The notes beneath the pieces were generated by a model that saw only the letters and a program-made list of their open reading frames with translations, was not told the origin of the DNA and searched no databases. Shown here one piece after another: positions 12,775-26,159 of a DNA stretch of 64,000 nt (positions are counted from its first letter, which is position 1; each line of letters starts with the position of its first letter). Origin of the DNA: Ylistrum balloti (taxonomy: Eukaryota); the NCBI RefSeq assembly GCF_031769215.1, contig NW_026782555.1, positions 806,001 through 870,000 of the forward strand, read 5' to 3'. The translations under genes were made by a program, and so were the position numbers.

Positions 12775-12925
12775 ATGAAGATTATACAAAAGACACACGA
12801 GTGAAAATCACCCATAATAAAAATGAAGAGTTAGATACAGTAGAGCCAAATAACGAATTAAACTGTATCATACGGCTGTTCCGCCTTTATAGCACTCGTC
12901 AAGGGACTAAGGCAAATCTAAATTG
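12775..12925 (-). mobile_element. Decayed hammerhead + ~90-nt tail repeat (same family as 38768-38940)
   Basis: aaaagacacacgagtgaa...gatacagtagagc...aattaaactgtatcatacggctgttcc...actcgtca aligns with 38776-38887; core mutated (UUGACGA, GGAAC). Confidence 0.75.
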
Positions 12926-13085
12926 ATAAAAAGACACTAGACGACTGTCTCTTATGTTAAACTTCAAGTGTAAATTTTATTAGCTTAAAACTAAATGTAC
13001 AGAGAGATATACAGGGTTCGGTTTCCTTTTCTGGAAGAAACATTGACATTTTAAACTCTACGCTTAATGTACATTGAATCTATAA

Positions 13086-13187
13086 CGTAACGCCAGCACA
13101 GAGGTAAGATCACTGCTCTCGGCTCCAAAGGTTCTTGGATCGAATGCCCATGTCGGCATGTGATTTTTTTCTTTTTCTTTTTTTTTA
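13086..13187 (+). mobile_element. tRNA-derived SINE head, copy 2, with T-rich tail
   Basis: cgtaacgccagcacagaggtaag...aaaggttcttggatcgaatgccc aligns with 12129-12195. Confidence 0.55.
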
Positions 13188-13493
13188 TAGAAGGGAAATC
13201 ACATGGTATTTTTCTACTTTTGTTTCGAACGAGAATATTTAAAACATGACACAATTAAATCGTTGATTGATTGAGATGTGAAATGAAATGTTAACATAAA
13301 TCTATTAATAATTACATGGTCTCCAAATACAAAACAGATCTTCAATGTATCTCCTTCGAATGCGGAAATATTTCCCCCATCAACTACAAAATAATGGAAT
13401 GACATAGATATTTGTATTCAGAACTCTCCTACTCTCAATTTATTTATATCATTTTTTAGTGAAACGAATATATTGCATAGAAATGCTTTCAGG

Positions 13494-14097
13494 TACAAAG
13501 TGTCACTACATTGTACTACAAAGTGTCACTACATTGTACTAAAAAGTGTCACTACATTGTACTACAAAGTGTCACTACATTGTACTAAAAAGTGACACTA
13601 CATTGTACTACAAAGTGTCACTACATTGTACTACAAAGTGACACTACATTGTACTACAAACTGTCACTACATTGTACTACAAAGTGTCACTACATTGTAC
13701 TACAAAGTGCCACTACATTGTACTACAAAGTGCCACTACATTGTACTACAAAGTGTCACTACATTGTACTACAAAGTGTCACTACATTGTACTACAAAGT
13801 GTCACTACATTGTACTACAAAGTGTCACTACATTGTACTACAAAGTGTCACTACATTGTACTACAAAGTGTCACTACATTGTACTACAAAGTGACACTAC
13901 ATTGTACTACAAAGTGTCACTACATTGTACTACAAAGTGTCACTACATTGTACTTCAAAGTGTCACTACATTGTACTACAAAGTGTCACTACATTGTACT
14001 TCAAAGTGTCACTACATTGTACTACAAAGTGTCACTACATTGTACTACAAAGTGTCACTACATTGTACTACAAAGTGTAACTACATTGTACCACAAG
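13494..14097. repeat. 23-bp minisatellite (actacattgtactacaaagtgtc), ~26 copies
   Basis: Near-perfect period 23; explains the TTKCHYIVLQSV pseudo-ORFs. Confidence 0.98.
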
Positions 14098-15411
14098 ATA
14101 GGAACAATTAAATGTTGTCAATTCGGCTACGATCTGTTTTATACTTGGTCACAGAAAAATGACCTTGGGTAATGGATGGTTAGTGATGGCATCGTCTTGT
14201 AATGGCGTCGAGAGTAATTTAAACATCTACATCTTAACAGAGTCCTTGTTAATATGTCTCCAAATTAGGTGACATCAATCTGGTTATATAAGTTTTGATA
14301 GCTCTGACATGGCTAAATTGGTTCTGACATTTAATCAAACCTTTCCCATGTCTAGAATATTGTACAGTTAATTCGCTCTGAGATTGTCGGGAACTGTTAA
14401 GTCGGCCGGGAGTTTGCGGATACTATGTATTCGGCTGGGAATTGTAGATACTGTCAATTCGGTCTTGGTTTAATTGGTGCTGTTAATTCGGTAGGGGGAT
14501 TGATGAATACTGCATACGCGGCCGTGATTTTGTAGTAGCTGTTAACTCGGAAGGGTACTACAGATACTGTATTTCTGTTAATTTGATGAAGAGGTTTTGG
14601 ACACTCAATTCATTCGGCGATTTCGCGATCTGTGGGTACCGTTGATTCGCTCGGCGATTTGTGGGTACCGTTGATTCTGTCGGCGATTTGTGGATACCGT
14701 TGATTCGCTCGGCGATTTCTGGACGCAATCTATTTGGTCACGGTTTTGTGGTAGCTGTTAATTCAGCGGGGTACTAGGGATACTGCAAATTCGGTTGAAG
14801 TTATAGAGATGCTGTCAATTTGGCGAAACAATTTTGGATACTGTCAATTCGGTCGGGGATTTTGTGGTACTGTTTATCTGACGGATTTGTGGGTACTGTT
14901 AATTTGGTCGGCCATTTCTGAGCGCAATTAATTTGGTCGAGAAGTTGTAGGCCCTATGAAATAGGTTGATCACCTTGTGTGGATGAAGAGGTATATGATT
15001 CCACGGACCTGTTGTCGGGGATCTGATGAGAACGTTTACTCTTATGTCTAGATATGTGGCTGTGTATCTCAGAACTACATTAGCGCACTGACTTTTAAAT
15101 GATAATGTGACAAGTTACCCGCGAGGCACCGATACATGTAGACTGGATTTAAATATATATTGTGGAGTCCCTATGCTTGTGTAACATCGCCTGTGAAAGC
15201 TGTGCATACTTTGGACAGCCAACTTTCCTGGTCAATCGCTCAGTGTGACCTAATTCCATAATAACTTAATTTAACTAAATCGGACCGACGCTGTAAAATG
15301 ATGATTATCCCCTACACTCCCAATAACGTGTGTTGCTTGAGCCTTGTATTGAAATTTTCAATTAATCACTTGTAATAAGAACTACTGACCAATTCAGATT
15401 ACTTCGAGTAC
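14098..15411. repeat. Tandem segmental duplication, unique part, copy 1
   Basis: Collinear with 15661-16902 (about 90% identical by eye); contains degenerate ~27-bp internal repeats. Confidence 0.95.
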
Positions 15412-15660
15412 CACTACATTGTACTACAAAGTGTCACTATATTGTACTACAAAGTGTCTGTACATTTTACTACAAAGTACCACTACATTGTACTACAAAG
15501 TGTCACTATATTGTACTACAAAGTGTCACTACATTGTACTTCAAAGTGTCTGTACATTTTACTACAAAGTACCACTACATTGTACTACAAAGTGTCACTA
15601 TATTGTACTACAAAGTGTAACTACATTGTACTACAAAGTGTAACTACATTGTACCACAAG
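15412..15660. repeat. 23-bp minisatellite, second array, ~11 copies
   Basis: Same unit as 13494-14097 and the same ccacaagat exit junction. Confidence 0.97.
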
Positions 15661-16902
15661 ATGGGAACAATTAAATATAGTCAATTCGGCTACGATCTGT
15701 TTTATACTTGGTCACAGAAAAATGACCTTAGGTAATGGATGGTTAGTGATGGCATCGTCTTGTAATGGCGTCGAGAGTAATTTAAACATCTACATCTTAA
15801 CAGAGTCCTTGTTAATATGTCTCCAAATTAGGTGACATCAATCTGGTTACATAAGTTATGATAGCTCGGACATGGCTAAATTGGTTCTGACATTTAATCA
15901 AACCTTCCCCATGTCGAGAATACTGTACAGTTAATTCGCTCTGAGATTGTCGGGAACTGTTAAGTCGGCCGGGATTTTGCGGATACTGTGTATTCGGCCG
16001 GGAATTTTAGATACTGTCTTGATTTAATGGATGCTGTTAATTCGGTAGGGGGATTGATGAATACTGCATACGCGGCCGTGATTTTGTGGTAGCTGTTAAC
16101 TCGGAAGGGTACTACAGATACTGCAAGTTCAGTCGAGGTTGTAGACAGAATTTCTGTTAATTTGGTGAAGAGTTTTTGGACACTCAATTCATTCGGCGAT
16201 TTCGCGATCTGTGGGTTCCATTGATTTTGTCGGCGATTTGTTGGTACCGTTGATTCTGTCGGCGATTTGTGGGTACCGTTAATTCGCTCGGCGATTTCTG
16301 GACGCAATCTATTTGGTCACGGTTTTGTGGTAGCTGTTAATTCAGCGGGGTACTAGGGATACTGCAAATTCGGTTGAAGTTATAGAGATGCTGTTAATTT
16401 GGCGAAAAGTTTTTGGATACTGTCGATTCGGTCGGGGATTTTGTGGTACTGTTTATCTGACGGATTTGTGGGTACTGTTAATTTGGTCGGCGATTTCTGG
16501 GCGCAATTAATTTGGTTGAGAAGTTTTAGGCCCTATAAAAGGTTGATCACATTGTCTGGTGAAGAAGTAGAGGAGTCCACGGACCTGTTGTCGGGGATCT
16601 AATGAGAACGTTTACTCTTATGTCGAGGCACCGATACTTGTAGACTGGATTTAAATATATATTGTTGAGTCCCAATGCCTGTGTAAGATCTCCAGTGAAA
16701 GCTGTGCATACTTTGGACAGCCAACTTTCCTGGTCAATCGCTCATTGTGACCTAATTCCATAATAACTTAATTTAACTAAATCGGACCGACGCTGTAAAA
16801 TGATGATTATCCCCTACACTCCCAATAACGTGTGTTGCTTGATTCTTGTATCGAAATTTTCAATTAATTACTTGTAACAAGAACTACTGGCCAATTCAGA
16901 TC
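15661..16902. repeat. Tandem segmental duplication, unique part, copy 2
   Basis: Collinear with 14098-15411; lacks ~73 bp present at ~15047-15120 and has a ~27-bp extra at ~16124-16150. Confidence 0.95.
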
Positions 16903-17952
16903 ACTGTTGGAACAAATAGCATTACCGCTTATCTGTTTTATATATCCTAACACATTCACTAAATACATGTCCTATTGTCCGGCTCTTTCGACGAAAGAAA
17001 CGCTGGAGATGATTTGCAATTATTTTCCCAATGAATGAGGAGATTGGACCGTGTATTAGAAAGTCTGTGATTGTTACGTCTATTGGATTCAGCTAGGTGC
17101 TAATGGACCACAGTCAATTTGTACAAATCGATACTATATTTGTCTCCCTCCCGATATGATGACGTTTCGGATATTTAGGTCACTCAACTCATTTAGACTT
17201 TCTCTAGTACGAATCAAATCAAGCTGGTCCGAAATTGATGATGGAGTTGGTTGTTCTTCCATAATTCTTCGATGACGAGGTGATGGTTGCTGAAGTCACA
17301 AGGACGTACTGCAATCATCGTTTCAAGTGCTCAGGATAGGACGTGTGTTTCAAATGTGACCGAATTGACTTTTTTATGGAAAGGTGATCGTCATTATGTG
17401 GTTAATGTTCTACAAATAGTTTATTTGATCAATGTGAAGTTGCTCCGACGTAATTGTTCGTAAGCAACACATACAGGTTTCAAGCCGTTCTTCGACCAGC
17501 CAAGACGTACACATAGATTGTCGTAGTTTAACGAACGGAAGTAAAAATCATGACAGATCGGATCCTGAATGATGATTCTACTACGTTCTGTTGGGACGCC
17601 TCCGTTTTGTTTACAAATTTATAGAACAATAAATTTTAATAGAAGAAAACAACAGTCTGTCTGACGGTATGATATTTTAGATGATTCATTGCCGAGACAA
17701 AAAGAGACGTCCATTTAATGTTATCACAATGCATTTATGATAAGTGTTCTTACACTAAAACTGGTCACGTGTGGTACTAGATCTACATGTGTTCAACCTG
17801 TTTATCAATGGCTTGATTAGGACATATACTTAGTTGAACTCTTATATATTAATAAAACAAATTATCCCTATTCCACACTTATCTATGAGTCAGTTCTTAA
17901 TCTCCATCAGCCACGACAGAATAGCGCAACGTACGCACAAATGTGAGATAGC

Positions 17953-18640
17953 TTAAAGGGATTAAATGGATAGATTTTTATTTCATAACTGATAAAAAGC
18001 ATTACGATATCTAAATATCTGCCAATTTTTTTTTCACTTTCAGTTCATTACATATTCAAAGGCTTGCACAGCTATTTTCTTAAAAATGTCAAAAAATCAA
18101 AATGAAATAGGAGCGACCCAACACTAATTCATAATCATTATCGTCCGGAAAGTGTAAACAATGTCTTTGCGCATGCGCGATAGGGAAAATTTAGAAATCA
18201 TAAAAAAGATGCCGGATTCCAAATGGAAGCGGCGGAGGTCATACGTTTCACTCAGCTGAGAGTACGAGGAAATAAAGGAAAAGAATTCGTGATTTGAAAT
18301 ATGCGAAGATAAATAAAATAAAACAGTGTGATGGGTGATCTAGGAGATCATACAAGTCATGCATTTTCAGAAGAATCACTTACCCTGAGTTCACGTGAGA
18401 TGTGTTTACGCTTACCTCGGATTCCATTTTCAGCGGGTTAAAACGAAGTTTCGAAAGGTCACGTGAGGAACATCCGATCAAAATAGCCAATGGCGGTAGA
18501 CACAACAGCGAGTGTAAACCAGCGAGAGTTTGGAGTTGTTAATCTTTATCAATTTTTCTCAAAAAGGCTATGATTTTGTGAATAGTAAAATTTTAAGTAT
18601 TACAACGCTTGTCCGAAATCTAACTATTTAGTTAATTTAA
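17953..18640 (+). mobile_element. TTAA-flanked non-autonomous DNA transposon (Kolobok-like), copy 2
   Basis: ttaaagggattaaatggatagat ... atctaactatttagttaatttaa imperfect TIRs; homologous to 3318-3933 in inverted orientation. Confidence 0.6.
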
Positions 18641-18715
18641 TTCGTTCATTTTTTCCTATCATGAGCACATCGTGTAACGTTATGCGATACTACAACTAGG
18701 TATCTGATTATCTGA

Positions 18716-18955
18716 TGTATCTCACTGTTTGTCGTAAGAATAGTTCCCTTAAGTGGCATCCTTGCAGAAAGGAGGGGGTGACTTTATCTGCTGTATCTCA
18801 CTGTATGTTGTTAAAATAGCTCCCTTAGGTGGCATTCCTGCAAAACCGAGGAAAGACTATATTGACTAGCTCCCTTAAGTGGCACCCTTAGAGAAGCGGA
18901 GAAAGACTACATCCGCTGTGTTCAACTATATGTCGTAAGAATTATTCCCTTAAGT
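18716..18955. repeat. Degenerate ~76-bp tandem repeat, ~3 copies
   Basis: tgtatctcactg at 18716 and 18792; tag(c/t)tccctta(a/g)gtggca repeated three times. Confidence 0.75.
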
Positions 18956-20189
18956 TAAATTGCAGTCTATGCATGTCTGTTGTAAACAACGTGACGTCAT
19001 TAAAATGCTGACATTGCAAAAATTTAACTTGTTATGAACACACATTAACACCAATTCGTAACGTTCCTTACAATGGATGTATTTTTAATGTCATTTCGAA
19101 GAGTATTTTGATATCTCCATGCTGCAATGGTTTTATTTCACCATTGTCTAGTAACCATACGTTGGGGATTTATGTTTCATAAGAAGTTGAATAACGAGCC
19201 GTACTGTGGTGTTATACAGTTTAGGGTTGGTTGACCTTTTCCAAACATCCTCCTGTACTAATAGTATTGTAGTACACTAGTTTAAGACCACTCGTTCACA
19301 AGAACTCCAGGTAAACTTGCAGTGCACCAGGATCCACACACATACTATATACAGCCAAATACTACCTGTGGTTTTACCTGTACAGGTGTGGAGATACCTT
19401 ACATTTCACTACTACCTGTTTGGTACCATATCATTTTATGAAAATATGAAAAAAAAATCTACAAATTGCTTTCCTTCAAAAGTGGTCAAAACTATCTGAG
19501 CTTGCAAGGTACAAAGTAGTAGTGTATATCGGTTTTATTGGGAGATACTTTTTAATAACCAGAAAAAATAAAGATAATATAATTCATCTGTTTGAGATTA
19601 CTAGTCAGTTAAAAATACCAAGTGTATTGGTACATATGCATAATTATTTTCATTTATTTATTTATTTGTTTATCTATTTGTTCATTTTCCACGGCCATCA
19701 TCATTGAATTATTAGCTAATCGCCTCCTATACTTACCGTCTTTATCTCCCTTGAAGTTAAACTTTTTTCACTCATTGTTATCATTGAGTATTTAATACTC
19801 AATGATTTTTTGAGTAATTAATGGCTTGAGTTTAACACAGCTTTTTTACATATGTATAACTATAAATGATAGACATTTGCAATTGAATATCGCAATTATC
19901 CTAAATAAGTTTCATTTTCCTGTCATATTTTTAAATTACATTGTTTGAAAAATATTACATGATGAAATGTATAAAATATATCTACATTAATATTCAACAA
20001 ATATATCTATACACTTTCAAAAAGTGAGGGCATATTTGATTTATAAAAAATTTACAAATGTGTATTTAGATTTTGATGATAAAGATATTGAAAGAATATA
20101 GTTACCTGGAGGACAATACATCATGTATAAAATAGTATCAAACTTATAACTGCGTGTTAAAGCATTACGATGTAAACAGGAAAATGCAA

Positions 20190-20435
20190 ACATGTCAACA
20201 TGTCGTAATTCAAACTTGGGCACAATATTAACAAAATAAAGATTTATATGGAGACTCCCGTAAAAACACAAGGAAAATAAGACCAAATATTCCGGAAGAT
20301 TAAGCGTCTTCTGCTTCATCGGCGACATCTGCCATGTAAACCTCGGGCAATTCATGTAAGTAATGTCACGTTCTCAAATGAGAACTCGGTATACAGCAAT
20401 GGAACCCACTTCTAGCTTCATATCTCACAAAAAAT
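20190..20435 (-). mobile_element. Penelope-like element 3' module, dispersed copy
   Basis: Aligns with 22730-22990, which follows a Penelope-type RT fragment (core catggc...tcg(t/c)cgatgaagcagaagacgctta-tcttccggaa). Confidence 0.6.
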
Positions 20436-21369
20436 AGGAATGTTCTCAAGGAGATCACAATAACGACCTTAGAACTTCCTCATGGTTTTTTCATCTTTTG
20501 AAACCTTGTGTTCGAGTTTGTCTCTTAGTTGATGACTTCTTGCATGAAAACCGCGGAGAAAAAACCTTGAAAATCTAATTAACACTGACATTAAACACCA
20601 TAGGTTGGGTATGCAGGATTGTTGCTCCATGAAAGGTATTCACACAAGATGACAATCAGATATAAACGAAATAAAAATCTGTGGCTTAAAATGAAACAAT
20701 ATACTTCATTGAAATCAACATTTTACACTTTTGTCAGTTGTAAAGCTCTAGATGCTTAATCAACTCTACAGTGATCGCACGTGGTTGATTGAAACTCACA
20801 TTACATTCAAACGCAGATATTCTTCAGTGCATAATGTAGCGTTTTCAATAAAATGTCAGCCTTAACGGACCGCTGACATTTGAATTTAATAGCAAATATT
20901 ACACCAAGTAAACTTTATTATTAACTTCTATTTCATTTCACGTGACATAGCATCAGTAGTAACATTAAACACGTGATTTAAATGGGACATGGACACAAGT
21001 TTTACGATTTATAGAAATCCATCTCCAGTTAGAGAAAACGCAATCGAAAGTAAGAACGTAATATGTGAGAAGCGAAAAAACCAGCAATACTCATAGCATA
21101 TTGTCTATAGGAGTAGAACAGGGAGAAAAGAGGTCGCTCAGATATACCAGAACATTATTTTAAAATATCTATTAAGTGCATATTTATAAAATTAACGGTG
21201 AATGAAGGAAATGGACATGCGTGTATTGAGTGAAAATAAAGAACACTCATTCAAATCTTTTCGATGTAAAGGTGAGGTTTTGCGTACATGCATTTTCATC
21301 AATTGATAAGTCTTCATCATCGAATATGGGTAATTTAGTTGAGATTGGGCTATTTATTGCTGCTAAGGC

Positions 21370-22290
21370 ATGCACACGGAGTTAACGGAAAAGACTGCTA
21401 TGTAACAAATAGTGTTCATTTGTCTGTTCGTTTTCCATACACGAACATAAAGGGCTATCAAGGAGATTTCTACATTATCCGTAAAATCTTTAGTGCTACA
21501 CTCCATTCTCAAATTAGAGTGGTGGATTTGACCCATTCTTCTACCGATGTAATAGAAAGGTGGTACTTTGTCTAAGAATCGATGAATCATTTTAATTAAG
21601 TCTGGCAAGGAATTCCAAAGTTCAGTTACAGAAGACAGAAAAGATTTACTATATAAAGTCGTACAACAGGGAATTGGATGGAAATTGTTGCCGACACGGT
21701 TATGGTAATCGTGAATACGACTGTTACGTTGACGAAGAATATCGTGTATATATCAACTGTGAACCATTTTATGGAAACAGATATTTTATTATATCTATGT
21801 CTTTGTTCCAATGGCAACCAGACTATTTCAATACAGGATTTCGCTCTGCTAGTTAGCCTTGTGCCACCAATAACTATTCGCACTGCTTCTAATTGGAGAT
21901 CTCCCAATAAGTCTGATTGGGCTTTAGTTAGATTATCGCAAACACTATCACCATACTCTAATACAGGCCAAATGGGTAATAAATAGGTAATGTGAAGACA
22001 TCTCCGATCTAATGTAAATGTATATTTCCTCACAATGTTAATTTTGGCTGACAACTTTGATTTCATATAGTTAACATGTTCGTTCCAACAACCATTCCCT
22101 GACAATAACAGGCCAATATATATCTGTGAAGCAACTTCAGAAATGACAGTATTGTTCATGATAAGTGAGGGGTTGGAGAGGGGTTATAGATTTCCTACTT
22201 ATTAAAACAGTTTTAGTTTTAGCAGGGTAAAAAGTTACCAACCACTTCTTGGACTATTCATGGACTTTACTCAGGTAATTATTCAAAATG
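21370..22290 (-). mobile_element. CR1-group LINE 3' fragment (ORF2 C-terminus after RT), degenerate
   Basis: Translations KWLVTF..AKTK, LIMNNTVISEV, WNEHVN, PVLEYGDSVCDN, LQLEAVRIVIGGTRLTSR, SFLSSVTELWNSLP, GQIHHSNLRMECS are typical of CR1-like ORF2 ends; several frameshifts. Confidence 0.85.
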
Positions 22291-22454
22291 TCGGCACTGA
22301 TTGGGGAATCGATAATGGCATACAAAGAGGTGACATCTGCGAATTATGATAGTATTTATATCTTTAGCAAAATGGATGAAAATTAAGAACAAAGAGGCCC
22401 AAGAATTGCATGACTTCCAGGCAACGTTTGTTTATTTTAACTGGAATGAAATTT

Positions 22455-22990
22455 GGAGAATGTTCGTCGGGTTTGGTAGTAAGATCTTCCAACAGACTAT
22501 TGGCATATCCATGGAAACCAACTGCGCCCCTCTGTTGGCTGACTTGATTTTGTTGAACGAGGCTGGATTTACAGATTACAAAGACCATGCAGAGTCGTTT
22601 ATTTTCACCTTCAGATATAATGATGACGTCTTGTCTTTAAATAACAAGAAATTATATTGACTATGTCCATCGTACATATCGTCATAGTCGCCATAGTAAT
22701 CTCATTGAAAAATATTTTATTTCTTTGTGCGATTTGAAGCTGTATTTATTTGTTTCCCTGTTGGTTCCGTTACTGTATACCTTGTTCTCTTTTTAGAACG
22801 TGACATTAATTACTAAGATTGACTAATGGTTACGTGGCAAGTATCGTCGATGAAGCAAAAGACGCTTACTCTTCCAGAACACATGGTTTTATTCTTCTTG
22901 TACTTTTTCAGGAGTCTCCGTGTAAATCTTGCTTTTGTTCATATTTTGCCCTAGTTGTTTGAAATTTTAGTTTGAATTATATTTATGTTG
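22455..22990 (+). mobile_element. Penelope-like retroelement fragment: RT motifs plus 3' module, internally deleted
   Basis: FGSKIFQQTIGISMETNCAPLLADL and FTFRYNDDVLSLNN (decayed GIPMGTNCAPLLADL and YIDD motifs), then the 3' module at ~22730-22990. Confidence 0.85.
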
Positions 22991-23096
22991 ACATGTTGGT
23001 ATATTTGGCCTGGGTGCATATATTGTATTGCATTGTTTAAGCGAACAGAAAGCTAGTTACAGTTTCCCTGTTAGTGATAAATGACAATCCTTAAGC

Positions 23097-23260
23097 AAAC
23101 TTAATAGATTGTGCAATTTTAACATGGTACTTTTGATAAACTTAATAGATTGTGCAATCTTAACGTGGTACTTTTGATAAAATTTATAGAGTGTGCAATT
23201 TTAACGTTGTACTTTTGATTAACTTAATAGATTATGCAATTTAAACATTGTACTTTTGGT
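23097..23260. repeat. 41-bp tandem repeat, ~4 copies
   Basis: ttaatagattgtgcaa at 23101, 23142 etc. Confidence 0.9.
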
Positions 23261-26159
23261 ATAGAGTCAAAAAACATTACAGCATTAATGATGTTTGTGT
23301 AAAATCAGATAACTGACTGCAATCCACATACAACAAGCATAATTGATATGTCAGTCAATGCATGTGGTAAGATTTTCACCCTTGTCAAGTAGCTGCCATA
23401 GTACTTGATCAGAAAATCTATTTTGGCTGCAGTGGAGAGGCGGTCAGGAATGCACTTGACTCAAACGAATATTGTTGACAAATTTCTCTTCTCATCCCAT
23501 AGTCTGAGCCAATTTCTATAGCTTTTGTAGCCATGGTAAACAACCCCTATAACGATAGACATTTTACCTTCTCAACACTCGTCCTTGATGTCATAATGAG
23601 TTTAAAATCCAATCATTGGCGCCCGAGCCTTGCCCTATCCATTATACAATGTACTTGTTGTGCTGTAAAACTTACATGGCAGTAGGTCTATTCAAATTGT
23701 TGGTAACTATTGTTTTTGTTGTAATATTTCCTTTTTGAATTATACTTACATTTACAAGGTATCTGTTTCTGAACAAGTGATGACGTCATCTGTATAATTC
23801 CCATTCGTTTTCTGGTATTTTGCATTTGTCGCGTTTTTCTCGATCAATCGATTTTGAATTAAAACTAAAGTTTTGGTTGTACCTTAAGCTTGTCTTCTTC
23901 CTATTGCAGCTGATTATAAGAAAATGAAAAATTACATGATTGTTTTTTATCTAAATTAGCCTTTGTTTCTTTGCAATACGTACATCTTGAACGTGCATCA
24001 TCACTTTGAATGGCAAAATCACTCTATTAACAAATTATAAAGAATTTGGTTTACGGCATCATAAATGACATCCGCCACGTGACTAATATGAGGTCAGTAT
24101 TGTAGACATAGAAATGGCGATTGTTGAACAAAATGGCTTTTTCCACTCCATGAACTGCACTACCGATTGGGAAAATGCATGTATTTGATTTTGGCAATAG
24201 ACAGCAACACGCGTAGAAAATTAGATATAAACAGAGCAATCGTGGTCAGATAAATGACAGAGCACAATACTACATATTGCGCACTATTATAGGTCAAGAT
24301 ATGGAATGGTTTGTGTGTACCTTCTCGATTTTGCATGTTTCGAAATAATTTGGGCATGAACCATATTTCACTGTATATGTAGTTATGCGATCGCGCATCT
24401 CACATCATTAATCTAGTCAGCTAAGTGCAATGGTAGTTTCAATATATATGCGACTGATGTGTCTGTGACGGCAAAATCACCTCTAACCGTATATATTTAG
24501 GTGAATGTATGATGGTTTGCTTATTGTTGTTTAAAGAGATAAAAACGAAAACCGAAAACTAACAATGAACTATGTACTTCAGTAAAACAGAAGATAATGA
24601 CTTTTTACCTTATACGTCATGGATAGATTGTTAGTGAATATGATTCGGGATAAAGAGTTGACACCATACAATCTCAATGTAATGTTAGTGCTTCATTATC
24701 CTGAATAGTCTGTTTGATAAACATTATACAATCAAAATAAAGCGGTAAGCAATCTCCTTACAACAATCAAGATTCTATAAAAATCTGTCATAGATTATTA
24801 CATGAATTGATGTGTCATCAATTCTGGATCTTGTTGGCACATACAAGGCTCCATAACATGTCACATGGTATCGGCACTATCATAAAGAAGTAACAATGTA
24901 AAAAAAAGCTATTTTTTTGGCACATCCGAGTTTTCATACCGTATATAACACACAATGACAGATCTTCCCACTCACAACCTTCGCTCTAACCTTGACCTGT
25001 CGAAAAGATCTGCCGTAATTTTACATTAAGAATTATTGTTAATAACGCTTTAAGTACGCACCTGCTCATTGCACAGTACTGTGGCAGTCTGTGCTGGGGA
25101 GAACATTAGTATAACGTCTTTCTCTCTATGACTTCACAGTTGTTTGTCTTCATCAGTACGGGTAAAAGAAATAGCACACACCCTCTATATATCATTATTA
25201 AAGAGACGCGTCCCAGCCATATGTGTACAGAGTACGGAATCACATAAATGAAAAGGATGGTATCCTCGTAGGCATCAAATTTTATATGTCCCATGGACTT
25301 TCAACGAGGCAGGTCCATCTGATCAAACTATGTTTTATCTGAGTTATTTCAAAGATTCTGCTATGACAACACATTTAAGCTGTGCTTGACTGAAAGGTCG
25401 CATTGTATCTATTTCGGCATCATAACTTGATGGCGTCATAACTTGACGGCGTCATAATGCTTATGACGTCACCAAAGAATGATATACTGAGTATAAACTG
25501 ATTTTGTTTCTAAATGCAATTTTCACGATTTCTGTTGAAGTGATAAACAGAAAGTTACACTTGCATTCATTTTATGGTATTTTTGAAACTCAAGCGCGAG
25601 GTTTGGTAAAGTAAGTTATGATACATGCAGGAACGAGACACCTTAAATATATGCAAGTGTGTCAGCACAAGCAAATGTAGTTCTGAATAAAGAGGAATAT
25701 GTTGTTTCTTCTTCTTCTTTGATTATTTCAAAATCCGCCAAAAACTCCTTGACTATTTTAAAGGATAAGCATGAAAAGATTACACGTTTCTAGTCATAAG
25801 TAATACTCAGGAGGTGCTATATGCCTGAAAACATGTCAAATTTCAACCCCAGGTCATTTGAATATTGCGCCAGAATTCTACCAGTCATTCAACAGTATTT
25901 GCATATATTGCATGTGTCCCTGACAAAGATAGTGGTCTTGACCTGTCAACACTCTGGTGGGAGGAAAAGAACAAGTGCCACAACTTTGACAAATAATGAC
26001 AATTCACCTGGATGAGATACAAGTAAAGAGATATACACATATATATGTGGTAGGTCAATATAGAGATATATATTTTTTTTTTCATCCCGGTTACCATGAC
26101 GTCAACAAATTGACACAAATTACCAAAGTACAAACGAAAATGTATTGAATAATATATGT

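Noticed and set aside
15023-15050. CTGATGAG as a hammerhead core
   Set aside because: No stem II-GAAA follows, and the paralogous copy reads CTAATGAG.
13592-15735. Cys/His-rich ORFs resembling zinc fingers
   Set aside because: Produced by the 23-bp minisatellite; the unit length is not a multiple of 3.
23390-23600. Minus-strand peptide MSIVIGVVYHGYKSYRNWLRLWDEK
   Set aside because: Short, contains a stop, no recognisable family and no splice signals.
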